DNA of 38,879 bases from Flavobacteriaceae bacterium (GTDB taxonomy: Bacteria > Bacteroidota > Bacteroidia > Flavobacteriales > Flavobacteriaceae), in NCBI GenBank assembly GCA_036795105.1, contig DAIRFL010000001.1, positions 1 to 38,879 of the forward strand. Reading direction: 5' to 3'. A model generated the notes under the pieces. The model made no database searches. It was not told the origin of the DNA and saw only the letters and a program-made list of their open reading frames with translations. Below, piece after piece: positions 1-8,883 of this stretch (its first letter is position 1; each line of letters opens with the position of its first letter). Both the position numbers and the translations under genes were made by a program.

Positions 1-28
1 ATTATTAAAACAGTTGAATTTGTAGAAT

Positions 29-55
29 AAAAAAAACCGCACTCAGGCGGTTTTT
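29..55 (-). terminator. Intrinsic terminator downstream of tatA (possibly bidirectional)
   Basis: A8-CCGC-actcag-GCGG-T5. On the minus strand the hairpin is followed by a U8 tract, 22 nt past the tatA stop. Confidence 0.75.
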
Positions 56-77
56 ATCATATTCTTTTAGAAAAAAC

Positions 78-272
78 TTATTCCTTGTTTTCCTTTTTTG
101 GGTCCACAGTGTCGTTTTCTTCTTTGGAAGCGTCCTTAAACTCTTTAATTCCGCTACCTAATCCACGCATTAATTCTGGAATTTTCTTCCCTCCAAATAA
201 GAGCAATACGAGAATTACTACGATTACGATTTGGTATGGTCCAGGAATTAAGGGTAAAAACAGTGCTGTCAT
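78..272 (-). CDS. tatA: Twin-arginine translocase TatA/TatE subunit
   Basis: Hydrophobic helix then [24 protein letters not shown]. Start moved to the ATG at 272 because the ORF-track start lies inside the promoter box. Confidence 0.93.
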   Translation of the reverse strand: MTALFLPLIPGPYQIVIVVILVLLLFGGKKIPELMRGLGSGIKEFKDASKEENDTVDPKKENKE

Positions 273-293
273 GATTTTGAAATTTTGTAGAAA

Positions 294-301
294 CAAATGT
301 A
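294..301 (-). promoter_or_regulatory. Bacteroidota sigma-ABfr -7 element for tatA
   Basis: TACATTTG on the minus strand, exact TAnnTTTG match, 21 nt before the ATG. Confidence 0.7.
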
Positions 302-377
302 AGAAAAAAGTTCAAAGAAGCTCATAAATATGAACTTTTAAGCACAATTCTCTATGTAAATGAACATTTTTTCTGCC

Positions 378-385
378 TATATTTG
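378..385 (+). promoter_or_regulatory. -7 promoter element for the M23/GH3 unit
   Basis: TATATTTG, ending 6 nt before the ATG at 392. Confidence 0.65.
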
Positions 386-391
386 TTTTGA

Positions 392-1261
392 ATGAAACAA
401 CCGAAGAAAAAAAATAAGGAATTAAAGCAAAAATGGCTTCACCATTACCGACTGGTAGTGCTCAATGAAGACACTTATGAAGAGAAGTATTCTCTCAAAT
501 TAAACAGATTGAGTGTTTTTGTTTATTTGAGTCTCGGATCCATCTTTCTGGTTGGAATCACCACCTTAATCATTGCTTTCACTCCTCTTAGGGAATACAT
601 TCCTGGCTATTCTTCTACCGATTTGAGAAGAAAAGCCCTGATATTAGAAGAGCAAACAGATTCTCTTTCGAGAGCGATGCGCTATAACAATATGTATTTA
701 GAGCGTATTCGAATGGTCCTCAACGGGGATTACTCTACTGCTGAGATGGATCGTGATTCTCTTTTGCAAAACTATAATTTGGATACAGTAGCCATTGATA
801 TCAACCCAATTAGGGAGGACTCTATTTTAAGAGAGCAGGTATCTATGGATGAAAAATACAATTTGTTTTACAGAGGAGACAGTCTTGAAGAGACGGTCTT
901 ATACCCTCCCTTAGAAGGTGTTGTCTCCGATTCCTTTGATCCTCAAAACGATCATTACGCCATCGATATTATTGCGCAGACAAAAGCTCCTGTAAAAGCC
1001 ATTGCAGAAGGGATGGTCGTTTTCTCGGATTGGACCTCTGAAACCGGATACGTCATTATAATAGAACACCCCAATGACTTTATATCAGCCTACAAACACA
1101 ATGGTTCACTGTTTAAAAAACAAGGGGAAAAGGTAAAAGCAGGAGAGGTGATCGCTACTGTTGGGAATACCGGAGAGTATACCACAGGGCCACATCTTCA
1201 CTTCGAACTTTGGAAAGAACTAAAACCAGTCAACCCAACCAATTATATCGATTTTAACTAG
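392..1261 (+). CDS. M23 (LytM) family metallo-endopeptidase with N-terminal membrane anchor
   Basis: TM segment near residues 42-64; zinc motifs HYAID (HxxxD), YKHN and GPHLHFE (HxH) intact. Confidence 0.9.
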   Translation: MKQPKKKNKELKQKWLHHYRLVVLNEDTYEEKYSLKLNRLSVFVYLSLGSIFLVGITTLIIAFTPLREYIPGYSSTDLRRKALILEEQTDSLSRAMRYNNMYLERIRMVLNGDYSTAEMDRDSLLQNYNLDTVAIDINPIREDSILREQVSMDEKYNLFYRGDSLEETVLYPPLEGVVSDSFDPQNDHYAIDIIAQTKAPVKAIAEGMVVFSDWTSETGYVIIIEHPNDFISAYKHNGSLFKKQGEKVKAGEVIATVGNTGEYTTGPHLHFELWKELKPVNPTNYIDFN

Positions 1262-2761
1262 ATGATTCCATTAAAAGCCATAGCCGCTAAGCTATTTGCA
1301 GCTCGTATAGATAAGAAGACAAAAAAATGGAGCTCTAATCCTGTTAAAATTCAAGAGTCTCTTTTTCATTCACTGATCGAAAACGCAAAAGACACCGCCT
1401 TTGGAAAGGACCATGGATTTGATCAAATCAAGAGTCATCAAGACTTTGCCAAGGCTGTCCCCGTTCGTGATTACGAGGATTTAAAGCCTTATATCAATCG
1501 TGTTGCCAATGAAGAAGAGGATGTTCTTTGGCCAGGGCTTCCCTCCTATTTTGCAAAGACTTCTGGGACGACCTCTGGAGCTAAATACATACCGATTACA
1601 TCAGCTTCGATGAAACAGCAAGTGCGCGCTTCTAGAGATGCGATACTGTCCTATATTCACGAGACCAAGAATGCTGATATCGTTCTTAGAAAGATGATTT
1701 TTTTACAAGGAAGCCCAAAACTCGATGAATCTAAAAAGATTAAAACAGGGAGACTTTCAGGGATCTCAGCACATTATGTGCCCAACTACCTTCAAAAAAA
1801 CAGATTGCCTTCTTGGGAAACCAATTGTATTGAGGACTGGGAAACCAAGGTAGACGCTATTGTTGAAGAGACGATCAATCAGGATATGGGTGTGATTGCC
1901 GGGATTCCTTCATGGGTTCAAATGTATTTTGAGAAACTCAAGGAGAAATCTGGAAAACCTATTACGGGGCTGTTTAAAAACTTTCAATTGTTTATCTACG
2001 GAGGCGTGAATTACAAGCCGTATCAAGCAAAATTTATTGAACTCATGGGTAAGGATGTGGATTCTATTGAATTATTTCCTGCAAGCGAGGGGTTTTTTGC
2101 CTACCAAGACAAACAAAGCGAAGTTGGAATGCTTCTTTGCTTGGATCACGGAATCTTTTACGAATTTATTGAGGCCGATCACTTTTTTGAGGAGAACCCC
2201 AAGCGCTTAACCATTGAAGCGGTTCAAAAAGGAGTGAATTACGCTATGATTATCTCTACCAATGCCGGACTTTGGGCTTATAATTTAGGTGATACTGTAC
2301 AATTTGTATCGACGGACCCCTATCGTGTCATTGTTTCTGGGCGCATTAAGCACTTTATTTCAGCCTTTGGAGAACACGTTATTGCTAAAGAGGTGGAATA
2401 CTCCATGAAAAAGGCAATTGATGATTGTGGAGGCTCTGTAGTAGAGTTTACCGTGGCCCCTCAGATTGTTCCAAAAGAAGGGGAGCTCCCCTATCACGAA
2501 TGGTTTGTGGAGTTTGAACAGCAGCCAAACAATATGGAAGCATTTACAGAGGCCTTAGATGTAGAAATGCAGGCTCAAAACACCTATTACGATGACTTAA
2601 TCAAAGGCAAGGTCTTACAGCGACTTCAAATACGTGTCGTTGAGAAGGGAGGTTTTACTAATTTGATGAAAAAAAGAGGCAAATTAGGGGGTCAAAACAA
2701 AATTCAACGATTAGCAAACGATCGGTCTCTGGCGGATGAATTAGTTGATTTTATTAGATAA
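1262..2761 (+). CDS. GH3 auxin-responsive family protein (putative acyl-adenylating amido synthetase)
   Basis: AKTSGTTSGAKYIP loop, FPASEGFF and YNLGD motifs. ATG directly follows the M23 TAG. Confidence 0.88.
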   Translation: MIPLKAIAAKLFAARIDKKTKKWSSNPVKIQESLFHSLIENAKDTAFGKDHGFDQIKSHQDFAKAVPVRDYEDLKPYINRVANEEEDVLWPGLPSYFAKTSGTTSGAKYIPITSASMKQQVRASRDAILSYIHETKNADIVLRKMIFLQGSPKLDESKKIKTGRLSGISAHYVPNYLQKNRLPSWETNCIEDWETKVDAIVEETINQDMGVIAGIPSWVQMYFEKLKEKSGKPITGLFKNFQLFIYGGVNYKPYQAKFIELMGKDVDSIELFPASEGFFAYQDKQSEVGMLLCLDHGIFYEFIEADHFFEENPKRLTIEAVQKGVNYAMIISTNAGLWAYNLGDTVQFVSTDPYRVIVSGRIKHFISAFGEHVIAKEVEYSMKKAIDDCGGSVVEFTVAPQIVPKEGELPYHEWFVEFEQQPNNMEAFTEALDVEMQAQNTYYDDLIKGKVLQRLQIRVVEKGGFTNLMKKRGKLGGQNKIQRLANDRSLADELVDFIR

Positions 2762-2787
2762 CGAGTTAAATAAACTATTTTTAAGGA

Positions 2788-3804
2788 GTGAATAACTTTA
2801 AAAACATATTGATTACAGGAGGAGCTGGATTTATCGGCTCTCACCTCTGTAGACATATGGTCAGCTCCTACCCTAACTATCGCATTGTTAACTTGGATTT
2901 ACTCACTTATGCGGGGAATAAGGAAAGTATTGCTGATTTGGACCATAAACCAAACTATAGCTTTGTTCAGGGGGATATCAGAGATAAAGACTTTATAGAG
3001 GCGCTTTTTAAAGAGCATGAAATAGACTCCGTCATACACCTAGCGGCTGAATCTCACGTAGATCGCTCTATTGAGGACCCTATGGCTTTTGTCAAGACCA
3101 ATGTAGAAGGAACAGCCAACTTGCTTAATACGGCTTTAAAACAAGAACATTTTAAAAGATTTTATCATATTTCAACAGATGAAGTCTTTGGGTCTTTGGC
3201 AGCGGAGGGCTATTTTACTGAAGACAGCCCCTATGCTCCTAATTCTCCCTATTCTGCATCCAAAGCGAGTTCGGATATGCTCGTAAGAGCCTATGGAGCA
3301 ACCTATGGGTTGCCCTATGTGATCTCCAACTGTTCCAATAATTACGGACCCTATCAATATCCTGAAAAACTGATACCGCTCTGCATAGACAAAGCGCTCA
3401 ACAAGCAATCAATTCCTGTATACGGGGACGGCAATTACACTAGAGATTGGCTTTATGTTCAAGATCATGTGGAGGCCATGGATTTAATTTTTCACAAGGC
3501 GACAGATCAATCTACCTATTTGATAGGAGGGCATAACGAATTAAAAAACATCGATTTAGTTCAGTTAATCTGTGAACGACTTGAAGAAAAGCAGTCTGCT
3601 ACAAAAGGAAGTATAGCAGATCTCATAAGCTTTGTCAAAGACCGACCTGGTCACGATAAGCGTTATGCTATAGACGCATCAAAACTAGAGAGAGACCTGG
3701 GGTGGAAACCCAAATACAATTTTGTAGAGGGCCTAGAACTAACCATAGACTGGTATTTAGAACACCCAAGGTGGATGGAAGAACTAAAATCAAAAGAACA
3801 TTAA
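2788..3804 (+). CDS. rfbB: dTDP-glucose 4,6-dehydratase
   Basis: ITGGAGFIGS, DLLTYAGN, HLAAESHVDRSI, STDEV, YSASK, SNNYGPYQYPEKLIP, DRPGHDKRYAID. GTG start. Confidence 0.96.
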   Translation: MNNFKNILITGGAGFIGSHLCRHMVSSYPNYRIVNLDLLTYAGNKESIADLDHKPNYSFVQGDIRDKDFIEALFKEHEIDSVIHLAAESHVDRSIEDPMAFVKTNVEGTANLLNTALKQEHFKRFYHISTDEVFGSLAAEGYFTEDSPYAPNSPYSASKASSDMLVRAYGATYGLPYVISNCSNNYGPYQYPEKLIPLCIDKALNKQSIPVYGDGNYTRDWLYVQDHVEAMDLIFHKATDQSTYLIGGHNELKNIDLVQLICERLEEKQSATKGSIADLISFVKDRPGHDKRYAIDASKLERDLGWKPKYNFVEGLELTIDWYLEHPRWMEELKSKEH

Positions 3805-4352
3805 TGCAACACAATTTAACCCCCATAGAAGGATGTTATGAGCTTATACCTAGGGTTTTTGAGGATGAGCGAGGAAGTTTTAAGGAGTGCTTTAAAAACA
3901 GTTCCTTAAAACCGATTTTAGGGGAGGCGCCTGTATTTGTTCAAGAAAACGAATCTTTATCTAAATACGGAGCCCTTAGAGGCCTTCATTATCAAAAAGG
4001 GTCCCATGCACAAGCTAAACTCATTAGAGTTGTTCAGGGTAGGGTTTTAGACGTTGTAGTGGACCTCAGAAAGCAGTCTCCTAGTTTTGGAACCCATTTT
4101 ACGATTGAGCTCTCTAGCGATGGTGGTAACCAGCTCTTTATTCCCAGAGGATGTGCACACGGATTTGTGGTCTTATCTGAAACGGCAAAAATAACCTACC
4201 TCTGTGATAATGAATACCATCCTGAGTCAGAAGCTGGGATCCTATACAGTGATCACCATTTAGGAATTGATTGGAAAATCGATTTTAGCGAGTTGATTAT
4301 TTCTAAAAAAGACCTCGAATTGCCTTTATTTAATGAGATCAGCTATGAGTAG
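3804..4352 (+). CDS. rfbC: dTDP-4-dehydrorhamnose 3,5-epimerase
   Basis: FEDERGSF, VQENES, LRGLHYQ, QAKL, GCAHGF. Start set at the ATG overlapping the rfbB stop (TAATG). Confidence 0.95.
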   Translation: MQHNLTPIEGCYELIPRVFEDERGSFKECFKNSSLKPILGEAPVFVQENESLSKYGALRGLHYQKGSHAQAKLIRVVQGRVLDVVVDLRKQSPSFGTHFTIELSSDGGNQLFIPRGCAHGFVVLSETAKITYLCDNEYHPESEAGILYSDHHLGIDWKIDFSELIISKKDLELPLFNEISYE

Positions 4353-5187
4353 GATTCTCATTACCGGAGCGAATGGACAGTTGGGGCAGTGTTTTAAAGG
4401 ACTCGAGCAGGACTTTGAAGACTTGAAACTTCATTTTTGCTCAAAAGAAGACTTAGACGTTACGGATACAAATGCTTTAGCGACTAAAATAGGAGGGGAG
4501 GAGTACGATTATTTGATTAACTGCGCCGCTTATACGGCAGTCGATGCTGCAGAATCTGCTGTTGAATTAGCCAAACAACTCAATGAAACGGCTGTAGGGG
4601 CTATTGCTCAAGCTTGTCATAAGCACTCTGTTCACTTCATTCATATTTCAACCGACTTTGTTTTTGATGGTCTAAAAACAAGCCCATACACTCCTGAGGA
4701 CGCAACCAATCCACAATCGGTCTATGGGGCAACAAAAAGAGCAGGGGAGGAGCGAATCATCAAAAGTGGTGTAAATCACAGTATTATTAGAGCTTCATGG
4801 CTCTATTCTAAATACGCCAACAACTTTTATAAAACCGTTCTACGCCTAGCAGAAAGCAAGGACCAAATTAAGGTTGTCAACGACCAAATAGGGGTTCCAG
4901 TTTCTGCATTTGAACTCTCCAAACAGTTATTAAATCTCATTTCAAGAGATAAACTTCCTTCAGGCATTCTTCATTTTGCTCATAGCGGTCAGTGTTCTTG
5001 GATGGAATTTGCGCAAAGAATAGTGGAGTACCACAAGCTTGATTTGAAGATTGAATCGATCAGTACTGAGGCCTATGGAGCGGCAGCAAAACGACCAGCT
5101 TACTCGGTGATGCAACAGAGTCCCTGTTTTGAACAAATTTCATGGGAACAAGCGTTAAAAGATGTTGTTTTGGCTTCAAAACACTAA
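4345..5187 (+). CDS. rfbD: dTDP-4-dehydrorhamnose reductase
   Basis: ITGANGQLG, NCAAYTAVDAAE, HISTDFVFDG, YGATK, VVNDQIG. Alternative ATG at 4333. Confidence 0.95.
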   Translation: MSRILITGANGQLGQCFKGLEQDFEDLKLHFCSKEDLDVTDTNALATKIGGEEYDYLINCAAYTAVDAAESAVELAKQLNETAVGAIAQACHKHSVHFIHISTDFVFDGLKTSPYTPEDATNPQSVYGATKRAGEERIIKSGVNHSIIRASWLYSKYANNFYKTVLRLAESKDQIKVVNDQIGVPVSAFELSKQLLNLISRDKLPSGILHFAHSGQCSWMEFAQRIVEYHKLDLKIESISTEAYGAAAKRPAYSVMQQSPCFEQISWEQALKDVVLASKH

Positions 5188-5196
5188 ACAAAAGTG

Positions 5197-5204
5197 TATT
5201 TTTG
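5197..5204 (+). promoter_or_regulatory. -7 promoter element for purD
   Basis: TATTTTTG, 17 nt before the ATG at 5222. Confidence 0.65.
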
Positions 5205-5221
5205 TATAAAATTTATTGAAA

Positions 5222-6493
5222 ATGAACATTCTTATTCTAGGAAGTGGAGGAAGAGAGCACACCTTTGCTTGGAAACTAGCTCAAAGTGAATCAAAACCGA
5301 ACATATTTGTAGCTCCTGGTAATGCTGGGACTCATGAAATAGCAACAAATCTTGCAATTAGTGTCAATGATTTTCAAGGGATTAAGGAAGCGGTATTATC
5401 TCAGCATATAGAAATGGTGGTTGTAGGACCAGAAGACCCCTTAGTCAACGGAATTCACGACTTTTTCCTAGAAGATGAACAGTTAAAGTACATTCCAGTA
5501 ATTGGCCCACAGAAGGCAGCAGCAGAATTAGAGGGCTCTAAGGCTTTTGCAAAAGCATTTATGGATCGCCACAAGATACCAACAGCAGCCTATAAAGAGT
5601 TTACTCAAGACAATTTAGAGGAAGGTTATGAATTTTTAGAGAGTCTAAACCCTCCCTATGTACTTAAAGCAGATGGTTTAGCTGCTGGAAAAGGAGTTTT
5701 AATCATACAAGACCTTCAAGAAGCTAAGGACGAGCTTAAATCCATGATCACCGACGGAAAATTTGGTGATGCTAGTGCCAAGGTGGTGATCGAAGAATTT
5801 TTGGACGGAATCGAACTTTCTGTTTTTGTGCTCACTGATGGAAAAAACTACAAAGTTCTTCCAACAGCCAAAGATTACAAACGAATAGGAGAGGGGGATA
5901 CCGGACTCAATACAGGAGGAATGGGAGCAATTTCTCCGGTTCCATTTGCGGATGTAGATTTTATGGAAAAGATTCACAATCGAATCATAGAACCTACGGT
6001 TAAAGGGCTCGAAAAGGACAATTTACCATACAAAGGATTCATCTTTATTGGCCTGATTAAAGTAGGTAATGATCCTAAAGTCATCGAATACAACGTTCGT
6101 ATGGGTGACCCAGAAACAGAGGTGGTACTTCCAAGACTCAAGACCGACTTCGTTGAAATATTTAAAGCGGTAGCCAATGGAACCCTGGACCAAGTTCCTT
6201 TTGAAATTGATTCTAGAGCAGCTACTACAGTGATGAACGTGGCTGGAGGCTATCCAGAAGCATACAATAAAGGAGATGAAATCACAGGGATTGACTCTGT
6301 AAAAGATCAGATCGTATTTCAGGCGGGAACGACTCTAAAAGACGGAAAAATTGTAACCAACGGAGGTAGAGTATTAGCGGTTACTGCTTTTGGAGCTGAT
6401 TTTAGAGAAGCGCTTCAATCTTCTTATGAAGGAGTTTCAAAAATTCAGTTTAAAGACCGTTACTACAGAACGGATTTAGGATTTGATTTGTAA
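5222..6493 (+). CDS. purD: Phosphoribosylamine--glycine ligase
   Basis: ILGSGGREH, APGNAG, LEGSKAFAK, KADGLAAGKGV, NTGGMGA, EYNVRMGDPE, TNGGRVL. Confidence 0.97.
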   Translation: MNILILGSGGREHTFAWKLAQSESKPNIFVAPGNAGTHEIATNLAISVNDFQGIKEAVLSQHIEMVVVGPEDPLVNGIHDFFLEDEQLKYIPVIGPQKAAAELEGSKAFAKAFMDRHKIPTAAYKEFTQDNLEEGYEFLESLNPPYVLKADGLAAGKGVLIIQDLQEAKDELKSMITDGKFGDASAKVVIEEFLDGIELSVFVLTDGKNYKVLPTAKDYKRIGEGDTGLNTGGMGAISPVPFADVDFMEKIHNRIIEPTVKGLEKDNLPYKGFIFIGLIKVGNDPKVIEYNVRMGDPETEVVLPRLKTDFVEIFKAVANGTLDQVPFEIDSRAATTVMNVAGGYPEAYNKGDEITGIDSVKDQIVFQAGTTLKDGKIVTNGGRVLAVTAFGADFREALQSSYEGVSKIQFKDRYYRTDLGFDL

Positions 6494-6515
6494 GCTAATC
6501 ACACTTATATATCAT

Positions 6516-6549
6516 AAAAAAAGGCCCTATTAAGGGCCTTTGTTATTTT
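6516..6549. terminator. Bidirectional intrinsic terminator between purD and the convergent small gene
   Basis: AAAGGCCCT-atta-AGGGCCTTT with an upstream A tract and a downstream T-rich run. Confidence 0.85.
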
Positions 6550-6566
6550 ATCAAAAGAAATTTTGA

Positions 6567-6797
6567 CTACAAGAACGAATGAGAAGTGCTCGACTTGTCT
6601 TCTTCATTGTTGTCGTCAAAAGATTTGAGCTGTTTCATCCAATAAGTAAAGGCTACGAAACCGATTATTACAAACATCCAGTTGACGATGTTTTCCAACC
6701 ACCAGTTGTCCATAAAACGAATTGCGTCTAATGGTGCAAATAAAACATCTACAAATAAGGTTTCAATTCCTTTCCAAATACTTGTCCAAACTCCCAT
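6567..6797 (-). CDS. Small membrane protein (DUF6341-like, conserved in Flavobacteriaceae)
   Basis: 76 aa, one TM helix, GIETLFVDVLFAPLD...NWMF...YWMKQL...HSFL pattern; flanked by its own promoter box and terminator. Confidence 0.75.
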   Translation of the reverse strand: MGVWTSIWKGIETLFVDVLFAPLDAIRFMDNWWLENIVNWMFVIIGFVAFTYWMKQLKSFDDNNEEDKSSTSHSFL

Positions 6798-6844
6798 AAC
6801 TTAATTTTTTTGGTCCTTCTTTAGTTCACTTTAATAGCGAAGCT

Positions 6845-6865
6845 TATCTTTATCCGACAAAAATA
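6845..6865. promoter_or_regulatory. Interlocked divergent -7 elements
   Basis: TATCTTTA (+, 6845-6852, one mismatch) and TATTTTTG (-, 6858-6865, exact). Confidence 0.55.
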
Positions 6866-6877
6866 TAAAATCTCAAG

Positions 6878-7792
6878 ATGATTTCAAGTGTTTTTGATAA
6901 AACTAATCCAATAAATTATTTATTAGCCCTACTATTTTTCAGTATTCACTACTGGTTTTGGTTTTGGACTGGTGATGATCAGCTCTTTTCTGGCCATGAA
7001 TTGTTGGTGTTTATTGGGAAATTAAGTCTGGTGACGCTCGGGATGTTTTTAGTAGAATTCACCGTCAAAAAAAACCAGATTAGCGCTAAAAACACCTATG
7101 CTATAGTGTTGTTTATGGTATTATTTGGGGTTTTTGCACCAGATCTTTACCAGAGCGATACGCTGCTTACCCTTTTCTTTTTGTTATTAGCCTTTAGAAG
7201 AATTTTGAGCATTCGCTCCTTAGTATCGATTAAATTAAAAGTATTTGACGCCAGTTTTTGGATTTTAATAGCCTCCTATTTTAATCCTAACGCCTTGTAT
7301 TTCTTCTTGATTTTAGCACTTGCAATTTATTTTTATCAATTTGAAAAACTAAAGAATTGGCTGGTGATCCTTCCCGCAATAGGAGCCTATATATTGCTTG
7401 TATTCGCCTATAAGGGAATTGATAAAGCCCAGACATTTTTCGATCAGCACTATCAGTTTCAAATGAACTTTAGCGATTTGAGTCTCTCAAAGAATCATTT
7501 GGTCGTTTTGGGGTTTGTCTTTCTGGGAATTCTCGCGTCCATTGTCACTTATCGAGGACTCAGCAGGTCGTTGATGGGGAAATTAATCAGCATACGATTA
7601 GTGCTTTTTAGTTTTCTAATAGCTTCATTTATCGCCTTAATAGGCGCTTCAAATCAGCAACAAACCATCTTTTTGTTGTTTCCAATTTCTGTGCTTTATA
7701 CAAACGCATTGGAGGGAATTAAAATGCGGTGGATAAGAGACCTCATCCTACTTGGATTGATCAGCCTCCCTTTTGTGATAAGTGTTTTTTAA
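6878..7792 (+). CDS. Polytopic membrane protein (DUF6427-like)
   Basis: 304 aa with many hydrophobic helices; MISSVFDKTNPINY start and KVFDASFWI motif. Confidence 0.7.
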   Translation: MISSVFDKTNPINYLLALLFFSIHYWFWFWTGDDQLFSGHELLVFIGKLSLVTLGMFLVEFTVKKNQISAKNTYAIVLFMVLFGVFAPDLYQSDTLLTLFFLLLAFRRILSIRSLVSIKLKVFDASFWILIASYFNPNALYFFLILALAIYFYQFEKLKNWLVILPAIGAYILLVFAYKGIDKAQTFFDQHYQFQMNFSDLSLSKNHLVVLGFVFLGILASIVTYRGLSRSLMGKLISIRLVLFSFLIASFIALIGASNQQQTIFLLFPISVLYTNALEGIKMRWIRDLILLGLISLPFVISVF

Positions 7793-8838
7793 ACGTCGTC
7801 GTAATCCAACTCAATTTCAGAGGAGGTAGCGTGTGCCTGACAGGTTAAAATTAACCCTTCTTCGACTTCGGAGTCCGTTAAAATTTCATTTTTTTCCATC
7901 ACAGCAGTTCCTTTGGTAACTCTTGCAATACAGGTACTACAAACACCTCCATGACAAGAGTAGGGGACATCTATTTTTTCTTTAATACAGACGTCTAAAA
8001 GAGCAGTGCTAGAATCTGCACTTAAAGCGTATTCTACTTCGTCTAAGGTAACTTTTATTGCAACGGATCCATTGGAGGCAACAACAGGCTTTTCTTCTGA
8101 GACACTGCTTGTAAAACGCTCAAAGTGAATTCGATTTTCTTCGACTCCAAGCGCTCCTATGGTAGCGAGCGTGGTATTGATCATATCTTCAGGCCCACAG
8201 ACAAAATAGTCGTCGAAACGAATATTGGAATAGGTGTTTTTTAGAAAGTGATTTACAATACCCTTGTCGATTCTTCCAAATTGAGCCCTAGGGACATTTG
8301 CTCTACTGTAAACCCACTCTAACATAAATCGATCTGGGTAGGCTTCTTGTAAGGCCAAGAGAAGCTCTCGATACATCACCTCCTCGACTGTTTTATTTCC
8401 GAAAACGAGAAGAACCTTTGAAGTATCGCTTGATTCTAAATGGGATTTAGCGATACTCATCATTGGAGTAATCCCAGAACCAGCTGCAAATAGGGCTATG
8501 TTTTCTGTGGTTGATTTTGCTTCCCAAAAAAAGTTTCCAAGGGGAGTCATTACTTCCAAAGAAGCTCCTGCTTGTAGTTTGTCAACGGCAAAACTCGAAA
8601 ATTTACCGCCCTGTACTTTTTTAATACCCACACTTAAAAAATCATCCGAAGGAGCTGCGGAAATGGAGTAGGCTCTACGAACTGATTCCCCGTTGATATC
8701 TGCTTTTAGAGTAAGGTATTGACCAGGTTTAAAACGATAGTGTTCTTTAAGGTGTTCAGGCAGTTCAAACTGTAGATTAACGGCATTTGCAGTTAATTTG
8801 TCGATTTGATTTATTTTTAGAGAATAAAATTCGGACAT
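7789..8838 (-). CDS. PaaE-like FAD/NAD(P)-binding oxidoreductase with C-terminal 2Fe-2S ferredoxin
   Basis: FKPGQYL, RRAYSI, AAGSGITP, FVCGP and SCHGGVCSTC...LTCQ. Start moved to the ATG at 8838, downstream of the promoter box. Confidence 0.9.
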   Translation of the reverse strand: MSEFYSLKINQIDKLTANAVNLQFELPEHLKEHYRFKPGQYLTLKADINGESVRRAYSISAAPSDDFLSVGIKKVQGGKFSSFAVDKLQAGASLEVMTPLGNFFWEAKSTTENIALFAAGSGITPMMSIAKSHLESSDTSKVLLVFGNKTVEEVMYRELLLALQEAYPDRFMLEWVYSRANVPRAQFGRIDKGIVNHFLKNTYSNIRFDDYFVCGPEDMINTTLATIGALGVEENRIHFERFTSSVSEEKPVVASNGSVAIKVTLDEVEYALSADSSTALLDVCIKEKIDVPYSCHGGVCSTCIARVTKGTAVMEKNEILTDSEVEEGLILTCQAHATSSEIELDYDDV

Positions 8839-8855
8839 TAGTGTAGATTTTGGTT

Positions 8856-8863
8856 CAAAAGTA
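8856..8863 (-). promoter_or_regulatory. -7 promoter element for the PaaE-like gene
   Basis: TACTTTTG on the minus strand, 17 nt before the ATG at 8838. Confidence 0.65.
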
Positions 8864-8883
8864 CGCAATTAAGAAGAAACGTT

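Noticed and set aside
2783..2788. AAGGAG before rfbB as a Shine-Dalgarno site
   Set aside because: It overlaps the GTG start codon with no spacer, and this phylum rarely uses SD pairing.
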